DNA of 64,000 bases from an uncultured Acidobacteriota bacterium (GCA_963796275.1 CAWCKY010000003.1:1184001-1248000), one strand, 5' to 3'; positions 22,466-33,591 are shown, counted from the first letter of the stretch. Notes: a model not told the origin generated them from the sequence alone. Translations and numbers: made by a program.

Positions 22466-23464
22466 TTACCGGCTGCTGTAATAACCTTTCGCGTGGGAAT
22501 AGACCTCCAGGATAGTGCGGCTCAGTTTCTCCGGATCGTGGCGGACGAAACGTGATTCGGATGAGAGAGGGGAAGAGAGAAACTGAACTCCTTTCAGATC
22601 GGGTGGGACGAAGTCGGGTGGCTCCAGGGCGACCGCATTTTCGGATGCGTAGCGTTCACGCATATCGCTCGAGATCGGGGTAGAGTTGAAGAGGGCATAA
22701 TCGAGTCGAAGCTTCGGAGCATATGAGAGCAGATGCCGGACGTGATCGACGGCAGAAAACCCATCGGTCTCATCGGTTTCGGTCATGGCATTACAAATAT
22801 ATACCTTTTTGGCCCGCGACTCTGCGAGCGCGAGCGATATCTCTTTAACCAGCAGGGAGGCGATGACGCTTGTGAAAAGGGAGCCCGGTCCGAGCGTTAT
22901 GAAGTCGGCCCGGAGGATGGCATCGATCGCGGCGGGAAGCGCCCGAGCGAATGGCGGGGTGAGCGTCAATTCCTGGATTGGCGCGTTCTGCGATTTGATT
23001 GCAACCTGTCCCCGCACATCCCTGCCGTTGATGCGAGCTACCAGATCGACGCGGTCCAGGGTAGAGGGGAGCACGCGCGCATTTATGCCGAGCATCTCAC
23101 GCGCCTGATCTACCGCCTTCAGGAAATCTCCGCTCATCTGATTGAGCGCGAGGATGATGAGATTGCCGAGCGAGTGCCCGCCGAGCGCTCCGTCGCCGGG
23201 AAATCGGTGGCGAAAGAGCGGCGTCATTACCTGTTCTTCATCCGCTAGCGCGACCAGACAGTTGCGAATATCCCCCGGAGGTAAGACTGAGAACTCCCCG
23301 CGCAACCGACCCGAACTTTTACCGTCATCTGTGACAGTGACGATGGCGGTCAGCGAAATTCTCGGATCTGGTTGATTTATATATAACTTCAAACCCTTGA
23401 GCAGTGTGGAAAGACCTGTGCCGCCACCGATGGCGACGATCTTAATCGGGGTGGTTACTGGCAT
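22466..23464 (-). CDS. yvcK: UPF0052 / gluconeogenesis factor YvcK (GlmR) family
   Basis: GGGTGLS, VTVTDDGKSSGRLR, PPGDIRNCL, GHSLGNL, GPGSLFTS and RHDPEKL. Confidence 0.92.
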   Translation of the reverse strand: MPVTTPIKIVAIGGGTGLSTLLKGLKLYINQPDPRISLTAIVTVTDDGKSSGRLRGEFSVLPPGDIRNCLVALADEEQVMTPLFRHRFPGDGALGGHSLGNLIILALNQMSGDFLKAVDQAREMLGINARVLPSTLDRVDLVARINGRDVRGQVAIKSQNAPIQELTLTPPFARALPAAIDAILRADFITLGPGSLFTSVIASLLVKEISLALAESRAKKVYICNAMTETDETDGFSAVDHVRHLLSYAPKLRLDYALFNSTPISSDMRERYASENAVALEPPDFVPPDLKGVQFLSSPLSSESRFVRHDPEKLSRTILEVYSHAKGYYSSR

Positions 23465-23901
23465 ATAAACTACTCTCTTCGCTCACGTATCGATAGATTC
23501 TGCTCGAGGCCAATTACGGTCCGGCTCAGTCTGCCTCACATTTTGAGGAACCGTCAAGTTCCTATCCATATTTTAATGGATAGCCAAATTTTATCAATTA
23601 TTAGGTGAAAATAATGCTACTGTGGAAAATTTTTGTGCACAGAAAATGCAGGGAATGTGTATATTCACGTTCAAAGCGTATCAGAGCGTTCGAGGGGAGA
23701 GTCTACTTTCCAAGTAGCACCTAATATTAGGATTTTGGGTGAGTAGATTAAAAACATAAAAAAGCATACAATACAGCAGACAAAAATTGCTTTAAATAAA
23801 ACGCTTTAAGTTAAGACAAAAAACAAAACAAACAAAAAATCAGGATGAAAAATCAAGTATAAAATCAAGCATAAGGATAGAGGAAAGGGGGAAAGACGGA
23901 G

Positions 23902-24165
23902 ATGATGAAGATTTCGAGCGACACATTGAAGTTAGTCCACAGGCTGCCTAAGAAGAAGAGGGAGAAGGTCGATGCAATTGTGCGGCGTCATGTAGCTGCG
24001 TGTCAAAAGAACGGCTTTCTTCCCGAAAATATGGAGCGAGTCTATATAGAGGCAGTCGAGATGGTTGATCTGGAGGAGCGCTTTCCGGAGCCCACGGCGG
24101 AAGAGATTCGAGATTGGGAACCGGTTCGTCGCTATGATCAATATGTAAGTCCCAAGGCCGCGTAA
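23902..24165 (+). CDS. Small hypothetical protein (87 aa)
   Basis: Purine-rich RBS upstream and protein-like composition (basic N-half, acidic C-half). Lies in an otherwise ORF-free gap. Confidence 0.7.
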   Translation: MMKISSDTLKLVHRLPKKKREKVDAIVRRHVAACQKNGFLPENMERVYIEAVEMVDLEERFPEPTAEEIRDWEPVRRYDQYVSPKAA

Positions 24166-24373
24166 TCTAGAGGTATCGGCTTTAACCATCAACCCGGGGA
24201 TGTGTTCCTCAAACGCATCTCCGGTTAATCTCGCAAATAAACGACCCCACTTCGTTCCTGTTTTCGCTGGGATAATTAATAATCGAGCATACGACATTCA
24301 AAAGATGATGCGAGTAGCCCGGTATAATCCGCGCTCTCGGATTTCGTTCGTTTACCTAAAAGGAGTTCAAGAG

Positions 24374-27191
24374 GTGAAAAGACAGCTATTAATATTAGCC
24401 GGGCTCGCCCTGTTTTTTTGCGGTATCATCGGTTTGAAAAATCGTCTGGCCAGCACCAGCGCGCAGTCTCCAACCACCGAAGTACTGGTGGCGCAGTTGC
24501 AGGTACCTAACAATTCAAACCTAATCCGCATCCGCAGCGTGAGTGACGACGGCAAGCGCGTGGTATTCGAAACACCATTCAACTACAACGGCGGCAACGG
24601 TGACGGCAACAACGAGATTTGGTTTAAGGATATAGATTCACAAGACATAATTCAGATCACAAATACGACTGATTTCACAGATGCGAGCGGTATCAATATT
24701 AATGTCGAGAACCGTACTCCGGTGATCAGCGGCAACGGAAACAGAATTGCATTCGCATCAAACGCACCCTCTCTCGACACGACGAGCACAAACAACACGG
24801 GCAATTTTGAAATATATATTTATGATTTTGCCACCGCTAGCACGCCAGCGACATTCACGCGTATCACTAACACGGGTGTAGAAACTGGATCTGAGAACTT
24901 GAGAGGGATAATTACCAATTTTAATGCGAGCATCAGTGATGATGGCAACGTGATAGCATTTGAAACGACTCGTCAGACTTTTAACGGGATTAATGGTTTT
25001 TCGGAGCTCGTTGCTAATAACCCTGATCGCAACGTCGAGCTTATGGTCGCAGACATGAGGTCGACGCCGAGGCGGTATGTGCAGGTGACTGCTTCGAATT
25101 TGGCCGACCGGCCTCCGACTTTCTTTGTCGAAGGTTTCAATCGGAACCCCCGGCTCAGCGGCAACGGTGAGGCATTGGTATTCATCTCGGATTATAACTA
25201 CGATAGCAATAAGAATAGCGACTGGAACGAGGAGTTCTATTACTACAGGCTAGCTGACAACAGCATGTTACAGCTTACCCAGACGACCAGTCCGAATAAT
25301 ACCTATAAAGCAGTGGTTCCAATCTTCGATCCGCTTACTAATACTTTTTCTATCAATGTAGCTGCTGCGACCAATATACTCGAGCCCTCTTCCAGACCAA
25401 TCAACCGCGATGGGACGCGGGTGGTCATCGAATCGTCCGGGAACCTGACTGGGGGTAATCCTTTCAAAGCGCGTCAGATTCTGGGTCTGCACCATCAATC
25501 CCATTGCCCGGACTGTAGATATCACCCAGATTACCAACCAAACAGTTTCTGCAATACCGACACAGGATGAGCTGCGTCGAATAGACCATACCTTCCGGCC
25601 GAGTATAAATTCAACGGGAACATCCATCAGTTTCAACTCGACGCAAAATTTAGTTCCGACCAGTCCGAGCGACATCAATACCGACAACGGCGATAGCAGT
25701 TCGGAGGTGTTCTCATACGATACTCTCACCGGGATTTATCGCCAGCTCACCTTCACCGCGCCATCACTCTCATTCCTGGATCAACGTCTCAACAAGACAT
25801 CATCGTTTATATCTGACGTATCTGCCATTGGTGATACAACGGTATCTTTCAATTATGTCACGCAATCGATTCTGCCCAACTCGACCAACGTGATTGACCT
25901 TTATCAGGCGATCGTTCGGCCGATCACCAACGCCAACATTCCAGGAACCGCGATCGGCAATGCCGCGAATTTCGACACGAACCAGATCGCTCGTGGATCT
26001 CGCGCCGTCACACTCGGCACGCAGATCGCCAATGCGACTCCCGCCGACGGACAACTACCCTACATACTGAACGGTGTGTCAGTACGAGTAGGCCAGGTGG
26101 CCGCGCGAATCTCGTCGATATCGGGGGGACGAGTCACGATAGTTCTGCCGAATGGGCTGACGAATGGCGTTCTTGGTTTCTCTATCAACGATAACGGAGT
26201 GCAATACACTGGTAATGTAATAATCGTCGATGCTTCTCCGGGCATATTTCTCGACATAAACGCCGCCACCGATTGTTATGAGGCGGCTATCGGCAACTAC
26301 TATGAGGCTCCCTGCGCGACCAACAACACACTTCTGGTCATCTACGGTACCGGATGGCGTAATGCGCCAAGCAGTACACAGGTCAGAATAGGCAGTATGA
26401 CTTTGACGCCCTCTTTCAGCGGGGCGGGTGGGGCGTTATACGATCAGATAAACCTTGTTATACCGGCTGAAGTCGCCGGAATGACCTTGGACGTTTCTGT
26501 ACTGATTGCGGGAACCACTATTGAAAGCAACAAACTGAGCGTTCCCTTCCAGGGGGCCCCTACGGCCCTCGCGATTGATAGCATAGTTTGTTATGAGCCG
26601 GCGACCGGTGGTTATTATAACCTCCCGTGTGCGACGAATAACAGCGCAATAATGGTGATATATGGCAGGGGATGGCGCAATGCGGCGAGCACCCAGGTCA
26701 GATTCGGCGGTACAATAGTGAACTCGATCTGGAGCGGCGCAGCAACGGCCACTCTTGATCAGGTCAATGTAAGTATTCCTCCTGCGGTTACCGGTATGAC
26801 GGTAGATGTGTCAGTATTGATTACAGGTACCAGTGTTGAGAGCAATAGAGTGAGCGTCCCGTTCCAGGGGGCTCCTTCAGCTCTCACTATATTGGATAAT
26901 GGCATTGTTTGTTATGAACAGGGATCTGGTCGTTACTACAACGCACCCTGCGCCGCGAATAACAGCGCCATTCTGATTATCTATGGTACGGGATGGCGTA
27001 ATGCAGCGAGCCTCCAGGTCAAGTATGGCGATATAGTAGTGAACCCTCTCTGGAGCGGTAGGGGGTCCCCAACTATAGATCAGGTGAACGTACCGATACC
27101 GACTCAGGTCGCCGGGACGATTGCCAATGTCTCCTTGATAATTCCCAATACTGCCATTGAGAGCAATAGGGTTGGCGTCCCGTTCCAATAG
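24374..27191 (+). CDS. Secreted protein: TolB/PD40-like beta-propeller followed by three tandem TIGR03437-like Ig modules; split by a 1-nt insertion at ~25480
   Basis: GTG start after AGGAG, signal peptide, and repeated (S/N)xDGxx(V/I)xF / QITNT blades. Removing one base gives ARQIWVCTINPIARTVDITQIT and joins the frame of ORF 25707..27191. SPGIF, IYGTGWR, DQ(I/V)N and ESN motifs. Confidence 0.8.
26238..27188 (+). repeat. Three intragenic tandem repeats of ~315-321 nt (105-107 aa)
   Basis: Each unit has CYExxxGxYYxxPCAxNN...IYGxGWRNA...DQxN...ESNxxxVPFQ. Units end at 26552, 26867 and 27188. Confidence 0.9.
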
Positions 27192-27267
27192 TATCGATGG
27201 GATGCAAACAGGGCTGATTGGATCAGTCGTTGCGCTCAGGAAGAGATTGCAGTTCTAGAATGCGATA

Positions 27268-27323
27268 ATGCGAAGGCGCAAAGCAAAATATGACTTTCAT
27301 ATATGTGCTTTGCGCCTTCACAT
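27268..27323. terminator. Hairpin between convergent genes
   Basis: ATGCGAAGGCGCAAAGCAAAATATGA pairs with TCATATATGTGCTTTGCGCCTTCACAT. Confidence 0.7.
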
Positions 27324-27492
27324 TTTAGCGATAATAGAAATGTGCTGTGCCGAAATAATGCAGGTTGCCCATCAAATCGATCGCTCAATGATGCCCTGAC
27401 AAGATGCGCAAACAAGATGCTGACAAACTCAGAAATGCCTCTTATCAGATTATCAGAAGATACTCGCCGGTCTTCTTATCCGCTAGCTTCTT

Positions 27493-29601
27493 CTATTTCG
27501 TTGCCGTCATTCCGCCCGGCTTGAGCCACTGATCGAACCAGTCGAGCACCGTCTTGAACCACAACTCGCTATTCTGAGGTTTCAGAATCCAATGGCCTTC
27601 GTCCGGGTAGTATAAAAGCTTCGATGGCACGTCGCGCCGTTGTAATACGGTGAAGAGTTGAAGTCCCTCGCCTATCGGAACTCGGTAATCGAGCTCTCCG
27701 TGAATGACCAGGGTCGGCGTCTTGAAGTTTTTGGCAAAACGATGCGGCGACCATTTCGCATAGAGCTCCGGATTATCCCATGGGGTTCCCTTGAACTCCC
27801 ATTCGGTGAACCATAACTCTTCGGTTGCTCCATGCATACTGGTCAGATTGAATACGCCGGCGTGTGACACCAGCGCTTTGAAGCGGTCCGTGTGGCCCAT
27901 CATCCAGTTGACCATATATCCGCCATAGGAGCCGCCTGCTGCCCCCAGTCGAGCCGGATCGATATAACCCTGCTTGATCACGTAATCGACCCCTTTCATC
28001 AAATCCTCGTAGACGGCGCCTCCCCAATCGCCGCTGATCTGTTCCGTGAATGCCTGGCCATATCCCGTCGACCCGTGCGGATTGATGAGCACTGCTACGT
28101 AGCCGCGGGCTGCCCACATCTGCGCGTTCCATCGGTAGCCCCAATTATCGAGCCATGCGCCCTGGGGGCCGCCATGAATCAGGAGAGCCATGGGATATTT
28201 TTTCGATTTGTCGAACTGCGGAGGTTTGACGATGAAGCCGTGAACCTTGGCTTTCAACGCTCCTGCATACTCGAAGTCTTCTGCCCCATTGAGGTCGAGT
28301 CGTGCCATCAATTCGCTATTGGTTCGGGTGAGCTGAGTCACGGAGCTGCCGTCGGCATTAGCTTTAAAAACCTCGGTCGGCGTGGCCAGGCTCGATCGCG
28401 TGAACGCGAGCGTTTTGCCATCGCCTGATATCGTAATGCCGTTGCTGGCCGTTTTTTCGATAATCGGCTTGATGACTTGGTTCCCACTCTTGCTCCCGCC
28501 GTTCTCGCTAATTGATGCGATGCCGATCAATTCCCGCCCGCGATCTTCGGCGACGATATATATTTTCTGGCTATCGGGCGCCCAGAGAAATTCGCCGACC
28601 CAGCGATCGAATCCCGCCGTAATATCTTGTGATGCGCCGGTCTTGCGATCGTAGAGCATGAGACGGACGCGATCCGCTTCATAACCGTTGCGTAACTGAG
28701 AGCGATATGCAATCCATCGCCCGTCGGGTGAATAGCGAGGCGTTGTATCGGAACCGGTATTATTGCCGGTGATTCGTTTGGCTTCGCCTCCGCTGGCCGG
28801 GACGATGAAGAGATCGTTGTTGGTGCTGACGGCTTCGCCCTTTTCGATGTTGCGCGCGAAGACAATCTCCTGCGAGTCGGGCGAAAAATCGTAGGCCGTC
28901 GGGTCGCCCAGTGAGAAAGGCGGCACATCATAATCGCCCGGCGTCAGGTCGCGCGGATCGCCGCCGTCGACGGGAACGACGAAGAGATGCGAGCGTTTGC
29001 CTCGTTTGAAGGAATTCCAGTGGCGAAAGAGTAATCGATCGGCGATCACCGCTTTCACCTTATTATTTTCGGATGCCTCGGCTTTATCGGCTATGCATTT
29101 CATGTCCCGGCATTCAGGATAGACCTCAGTCGTGAACGCAAACACCTTCCCATCCGGTGACCAGATGAAATCGGCCACCCCCTCGGGCACGTTTGTGGCT
29201 TTTCGCGCGTTGTCACCACCGGCGGCATTGGTAAGAAGTGATTGTGTCTCGGCAATGTAAATCTGGGGCGCGCCATCGCGCGACGAGATGTATGCCAGAT
29301 ACTTGCCATTGCGTGACCAGCGAGGGGTGTCATTATTACCGGTTGAAGTTATACAGCGCGGTTGCGCATCACCCGCCCCCGCAATAATGCATACGCTGCG
29401 TTTCCCTCTGTTCGCATTTTTATCGATGTCGCTGACTATATATGCGACGTATTTGCCGTCAGGCGAAATCTGGGCATCGGCCAAACGCTTGATCGAGATC
29501 AGATCATCGAACGACATGGGGCGCTTCGTTTGCGCAAGCGCGATCGGGACCAGCGTTGTTGTGAGAAGGATGAGCGTGGCAATTTTTAGCGCCGACTTCA
29601 T
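27493..29601 (-). CDS. S9 family prolyl oligopeptidase / dipeptidyl peptidase (DPP5-like), secreted
   Basis: Signal peptide and PD40 propeller repeats. IHGGPQ, GGSYGG (Ser), DYRVP (Asp) and DEGHW (His). Confidence 0.93.
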   Translation of the reverse strand: MKSALKIATLILLTTTLVPIALAQTKRPMSFDDLISIKRLADAQISPDGKYVAYIVSDIDKNANRGKRSVCIIAGAGDAQPRCITSTGNNDTPRWSRNGKYLAYISSRDGAPQIYIAETQSLLTNAAGGDNARKATNVPEGVADFIWSPDGKVFAFTTEVYPECRDMKCIADKAEASENNKVKAVIADRLLFRHWNSFKRGKRSHLFVVPVDGGDPRDLTPGDYDVPPFSLGDPTAYDFSPDSQEIVFARNIEKGEAVSTNNDLFIVPASGGEAKRITGNNTGSDTTPRYSPDGRWIAYRSQLRNGYEADRVRLMLYDRKTGASQDITAGFDRWVGEFLWAPDSQKIYIVAEDRGRELIGIASISENGGSKSGNQVIKPIIEKTASNGITISGDGKTLAFTRSSLATPTEVFKANADGSSVTQLTRTNSELMARLDLNGAEDFEYAGALKAKVHGFIVKPPQFDKSKKYPMALLIHGGPQGAWLDNWGYRWNAQMWAARGYVAVLINPHGSTGYGQAFTEQISGDWGGAVYEDLMKGVDYVIKQGYIDPARLGAAGGSYGGYMVNWMMGHTDRFKALVSHAGVFNLTSMHGATEELWFTEWEFKGTPWDNPELYAKWSPHRFAKNFKTPTLVIHGELDYRVPIGEGLQLFTVLQRRDVPSKLLYYPDEGHWILKPQNSELWFKTVLDWFDQWLKPGGMTATK

Positions 29602-29634
29602 ATGTACCTCCGTGGCAAAGTCATAATCCGGTGT

Positions 29635-31076
29635 TTAAGGAGTTGGTTCAGAACGTGTTATTATTCGGGGGCTGCCATTACTTTCGACCGTATATTCCAT
29701 TTGAATAGCAGAATTACTGTTACATTCCTGACAAGGTTCATCGTTACGGGTGATAATTCCATTTAATGTCGGGTCGGAATATAAAAACCTGAGCGCATAT
29801 GGGAATCCATAATCCAAGCCATGTGGGAACTTATTGTTATTATCGTCTCTGGCATATCGCAAAATGAAAGTCGTTGACGGTTTTACTCTGACATGTTGTT
29901 CCATGATTTGATTCAAGACGAGCATGTTCGTTTTTTCCATCATCATCCATTCGTAACTGTCCTTCGCCATCGAAATGAAATATCCGGTAACTATTAGAAC
30001 GATCGGGACAAATGCCGCGGGTGCGAAAAACGAAGGCTTTTTCGAGGCTGTTTCTTGAAGCGAACGTGCGGTCGCTCCGAGAAGCAGGGCAGCAGAGATT
30101 CCCGGCAGATAGGTGTAGATTCCTGTACTGTAATTTACCAGGATAATCGGCGCAAGAGTAACAGCAAAAAGAACGCTCGCGAGGATAAGATCGTACCTGG
30201 TTATTAGATCTAGGCGCGGACGGTATCCCAGCATAAAACGCGAGATGGCCATGGCAAGCGCGAGTACAGCTAACAGGCCGAATGTCCGCCATACGTATCG
30301 ATATATGTGCTTGAGCAATTGCCCTAAATCCAGGCAATAACCATAACCCGTGCAGCTAAATGTTACTCCGACCGCTCCAGAATTAGCTCTGAGGATGAAA
30401 TAGGCGCAGAGCACGACCGTGATCGCCACGAACAATCCCAGAATCGCGCGGGTCTCCCGGGGGCTCGATTTCTCCGCTTGTTTTTGATGAAGCAATACGA
30501 GAGCGATTGCGATGATCACCATCACACCGCTCTCTTTGGAGAAGATAGCGAGCGCGGCGAACGCAATCGTCAGGACAGCAGCCGGTAACTTATGGATCTC
30601 GGTTTTTACGAACCATGAGGCGGCCAGCATCGACAATAAGTAAAATAGGGTTACCAGCAGATGCGCTCGTGTGCCGGAGAACATAACCGCGCTAACATTG
30701 GCAGGATAGAGAAGCGAATATCCGATTGCCGCCCAACGGGCCGCTATGTGCGAATTCCATAGTCTTCTTGCAAGGTAATATATCGCTACGATGTTGGCCA
30801 GATGAAGAATTAGATTGGTCACCGCAAATGCAAATGGATCGTATCCCCACAGGTTCCAGTCAAACCTGTACGGAGCCATGCTACCGGAGCATAGAAAGCT
30901 CCACCCTGAATACTCGTCAATCCGGATAGCAAGGAATAATGGGCAACGGAATAAAGATGATCGAAATCATCCTGCATAAAGCCGCGGCCGGTTATCGGTA
31001 AAAAAAGAGCGGCGCTAAATGCGGCAACAAGAAACGGGTGAAATCTCACAGAAAACAATTTCCTGTACCTCGTCAT
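29635..31076 (-). CDS. Multi-pass membrane protein, GT-C/PMT-like glycosyltransferase fold; split by a 1-nt deletion at ~30872
   Basis: First TM helix followed by GFMQDDF, then FYAPVAWL-x-YRFDWNLWG, NLILHLAN and SKES. These are typical of GT-C/TMTC-like proteins. Start abuts the radical SAM stop. Confidence 0.65.
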
Positions 31077-32219
31077 CTATTTCACACCTAATAACCTGAG
31101 CGCCGCGCTCCTGAACACTCGCCGCCTGCCGTTCGAATTCTCGGGGAGGAAGAGCCAAGTCAGTATCCCGATCGACTTCGGTAAATTCTTACCATGAATC
31201 TCGCCCGGTTTCGGCGGGAAGAACCTGGCGATGGCTTCGCGCGGTTTTTCGCGCAATTGATCGACCATCGCTATCTGATGCACGCAGGAGACCGTGCAGT
31301 AGGGGGCACACGATTTTACGGTCCCGTTCTCTCGCGCGAGGTCTGTTCGTGAGTAATCTGAGAGCGGGATACCCGGATGCCCGCGTTGTTGTGAGCAATA
31401 ATGGACCAGCCCGTCTTCGCAAATATACAAATAACGGCTGCCGGCGCGACAATGCCATTCGTTGGGAAGACCGCGGACGAGGTTTTGCTGAAACTGATTG
31501 AAGTAAGAGAAATTGAAGAAGGACTTTTTACCGAGCGCGAGAATCTCGTCGTAGATTTCGCGCTGTCGTCCGCTGAGCGGTTGGAGTTGCCCGTTAAAAT
31601 CATGGATTACCCCGACGGTGCTCGTAAAACCCGACTCCAATGCGCGCTTCGTCACTATCAACGCATCTTCAGGTCTTTTGATGGAACTGCCGAGCACTGA
31701 ATTGACGGTCAGATTGAATTCGGCGTGGGCTGCGAGCGAGACCAATTTCTGATCCAACACCTTCAGACTCTTTTTGGAAACGTCGTCGGGAATTACGTTA
31801 TCGATGCTTATCTGAAGATAATCCAGCCCCGCGTCATTCAGCTTTTCGATACGCTCGGTGGTCAGCAGATATCCGTTAGTGATAAGCGTTGCCAGGATGC
31901 CGTGGCTGCGGATGCGTCGGATGATTTCATCGAGGCCGGGGTGAAGCAGGGGTTCGCCGCCGCTGAGCGTGATTGCCGTTGTGCCGAGCGCCGCGAGTTT
32001 ATCGATTCGACGCACCATCTCATCGGTGGGCACCGGCTCAGATACCTTGTCATATTCGTTGCAATATGCGCAGGAGAGATTACAGCGCCGGATGGGGATG
32101 ATATGTGCCACTATGGGATGATCCGGCGATTTCATAGCCGCGGCGACCAGGCGAATTTCCCGGTATTTCCTGTTTATGCCGCGAATTTTTCTCCTGATGC
32201 TCTTGAAATGCATATACAT
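31077..32219 (-). CDS. Radical SAM protein with a C-terminal SPASM/Twitch-like Cys cluster
   Basis: [15 protein letters not shown] and CRAG...HYC...CAPYCTVSC. Confidence 0.9.
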   Translation of the reverse strand: MYMHFKSIRRKIRGINRKYREIRLVAAAMKSPDHPIVAHIIPIRRCNLSCAYCNEYDKVSEPVPTDEMVRRIDKLAALGTTAITLSGGEPLLHPGLDEIIRRIRSHGILATLITNGYLLTTERIEKLNDAGLDYLQISIDNVIPDDVSKKSLKVLDQKLVSLAAHAEFNLTVNSVLGSSIKRPEDALIVTKRALESGFTSTVGVIHDFNGQLQPLSGRQREIYDEILALGKKSFFNFSYFNQFQQNLVRGLPNEWHCRAGSRYLYICEDGLVHYCSQQRGHPGIPLSDYSRTDLARENGTVKSCAPYCTVSCVHQIAMVDQLREKPREAIARFFPPKPGEIHGKNLPKSIGILTWLFLPENSNGRRRVFRSAALRLLGVK

Positions 32220-32333
32220 ATGATATTGACGATTTCGAGCCGCCGCAATAGGATGACACCTGCGTTATCCTAATTAACTCATTAACTGAATTAGCAGTAA
32301 GACACAATTTCCCAACAATACAAAGGAGTGTGT

Positions 32334-33455
32334 ATGAAACGCCTCTCTATTCTCACCGTAGGTATTCTCCTTGCTCTCGGCTTGTTTGTTGAGGGCGCAA
32401 TTCCCGCCAAGTGGACGGCGGAAATGAAAGAGGGCAAACCGATGATTAAATCCATGGGGCCCTTGACCTTCGGACCTGAAGGGATACTCTTCATCGCGGA
32501 CACCAAATCGGCGGCGATTGTCGCGGTCTCCACCGGCGATGTCCGCCCCGCTTCGGGAGTAAAGCCACTCAAGGTCGAAGGGATAAACCAGAAGATCGCC
32601 GCGTTGCTGGGAACTAGCGCAGATCAGGTCATCATCGACGACATGGCGATCAATCCGATCTCGCGCAACGCATACCTGGCCGTCTCGCGCGGCCGGGGAA
32701 CCGATGCCATCCCAGTGCTTGTTCGAGTAAAGGGCGATGGCCAGCTCGAGGTTGTATCTTTGGAAAAGGTGAAATTTTCGCAAGCGGGATTGCCCGATGC
32801 GCCGGCAGATGCATCAGTCGGACAGGGCAACCGGCAGCGGAATCCGAGGCGGGAATCGATCACCGACATCGCATTCGTCGAAGGGCGTGTTCTGATTGCC
32901 GGCCTCTCGAATGAGGAATTCTCCTCGACTCTACGCGCGGTCCCATTTCCCTTCCGGACGATCGACAACGGAACGAGCGTAGAAATATACCACGGCGCGC
33001 ACGGCCAATTTGAGACGCGTTCTCCGGTGCGCACATTCGCGCCGTTCAATATCGGCAAAGAATCGCATCTTCTGGCCGCATACACCTGCACACCTCTCGT
33101 GCAATTCCCGATCAGCGAGTTGAAGCCGGGCGCGAAGATCAAGGGTAAGACGATAGCCGAGCTCGGTAACCGTAACCGGCCGCTCGATATGATCGTTTAT
33201 GAGAAGGGCGGCAAACGGCATCTCCTGCTGGCGAATAGCAACAGGGGAATCATGAAGATCAGCACCGAAAATATCGAAGGGGCTGAGAGCATCGTCGCTC
33301 CCGTGACGGGCGGGGGAAATCAGGGCATGCCATATGAGACCATCGAAAGTTGGACAGGTGTGGTACAGCTTGACCGCTTGGACAACCAGCACGCCATTGT
33401 GCTGCGTAACGTCGAGGGCGGGTCGGTGAATCTCGAGTCGTTGCCACTGCCCTAG
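32334..33455 (+). CDS. Secreted hypothetical protein, beta-rich (possible propeller)
   Basis: AAGGAG RBS and ATG at 32334, clear signal peptide, 373-aa ORF. Confidence 0.8.
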   Translation: MKRLSILTVGILLALGLFVEGAIPAKWTAEMKEGKPMIKSMGPLTFGPEGILFIADTKSAAIVAVSTGDVRPASGVKPLKVEGINQKIAALLGTSADQVIIDDMAINPISRNAYLAVSRGRGTDAIPVLVRVKGDGQLEVVSLEKVKFSQAGLPDAPADASVGQGNRQRNPRRESITDIAFVEGRVLIAGLSNEEFSSTLRAVPFPFRTIDNGTSVEIYHGAHGQFETRSPVRTFAPFNIGKESHLLAAYTCTPLVQFPISELKPGAKIKGKTIAELGNRNRPLDMIVYEKGGKRHLLLANSNRGIMKISTENIEGAESIVAPVTGGGNQGMPYETIESWTGVVQLDRLDNQHAIVLRNVEGGSVNLESLPLP

Positions 33456-33470
33456 AAATTATTACTCGCC

Positions 33471-33591
33471 GGCGAGACGGCTGGAAGGTAGCCCGGGGTT
33501 TACGCCGCGTTCACGCCTTGTCATTACCCAGCAGATCCGTACAAAGGTCAGGGTAATGACAAGGCTCCAACCTCCTCCAGCCCGTCTCGCC
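33471..33591. repeat. Nested inverted repeat (REP-like) element
   Basis: Outer pair GGCGAGACGG / CCGTCTCGCC. Inner perfect 14-bp pair CCTTGTCATTACCC (33516-33529) / GGGTAATGACAAGG (33551-33564). Confidence 0.8.

Noticed and set aside
24200-24373. Upstream in-frame starts given by the ORF track (24200, 35104, 37791, 53113, 60672)
   Set aside because: Downstream starts have better RBS or signal-peptide placement, and some extensions merely translate repeat elements.
26238-27188. Triple repeat as a diversity-generating retroelement TR/VR
   Set aside because: All copies are in-frame coding, differences are not confined to adenines, and there is no reverse transcriptase in the window.
30868-30877. 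Fifth frameshift as part of the GATC pattern
   Set aside because: The context GTACGGAGCC has no GATC. It could be a different error type or a real lesion.
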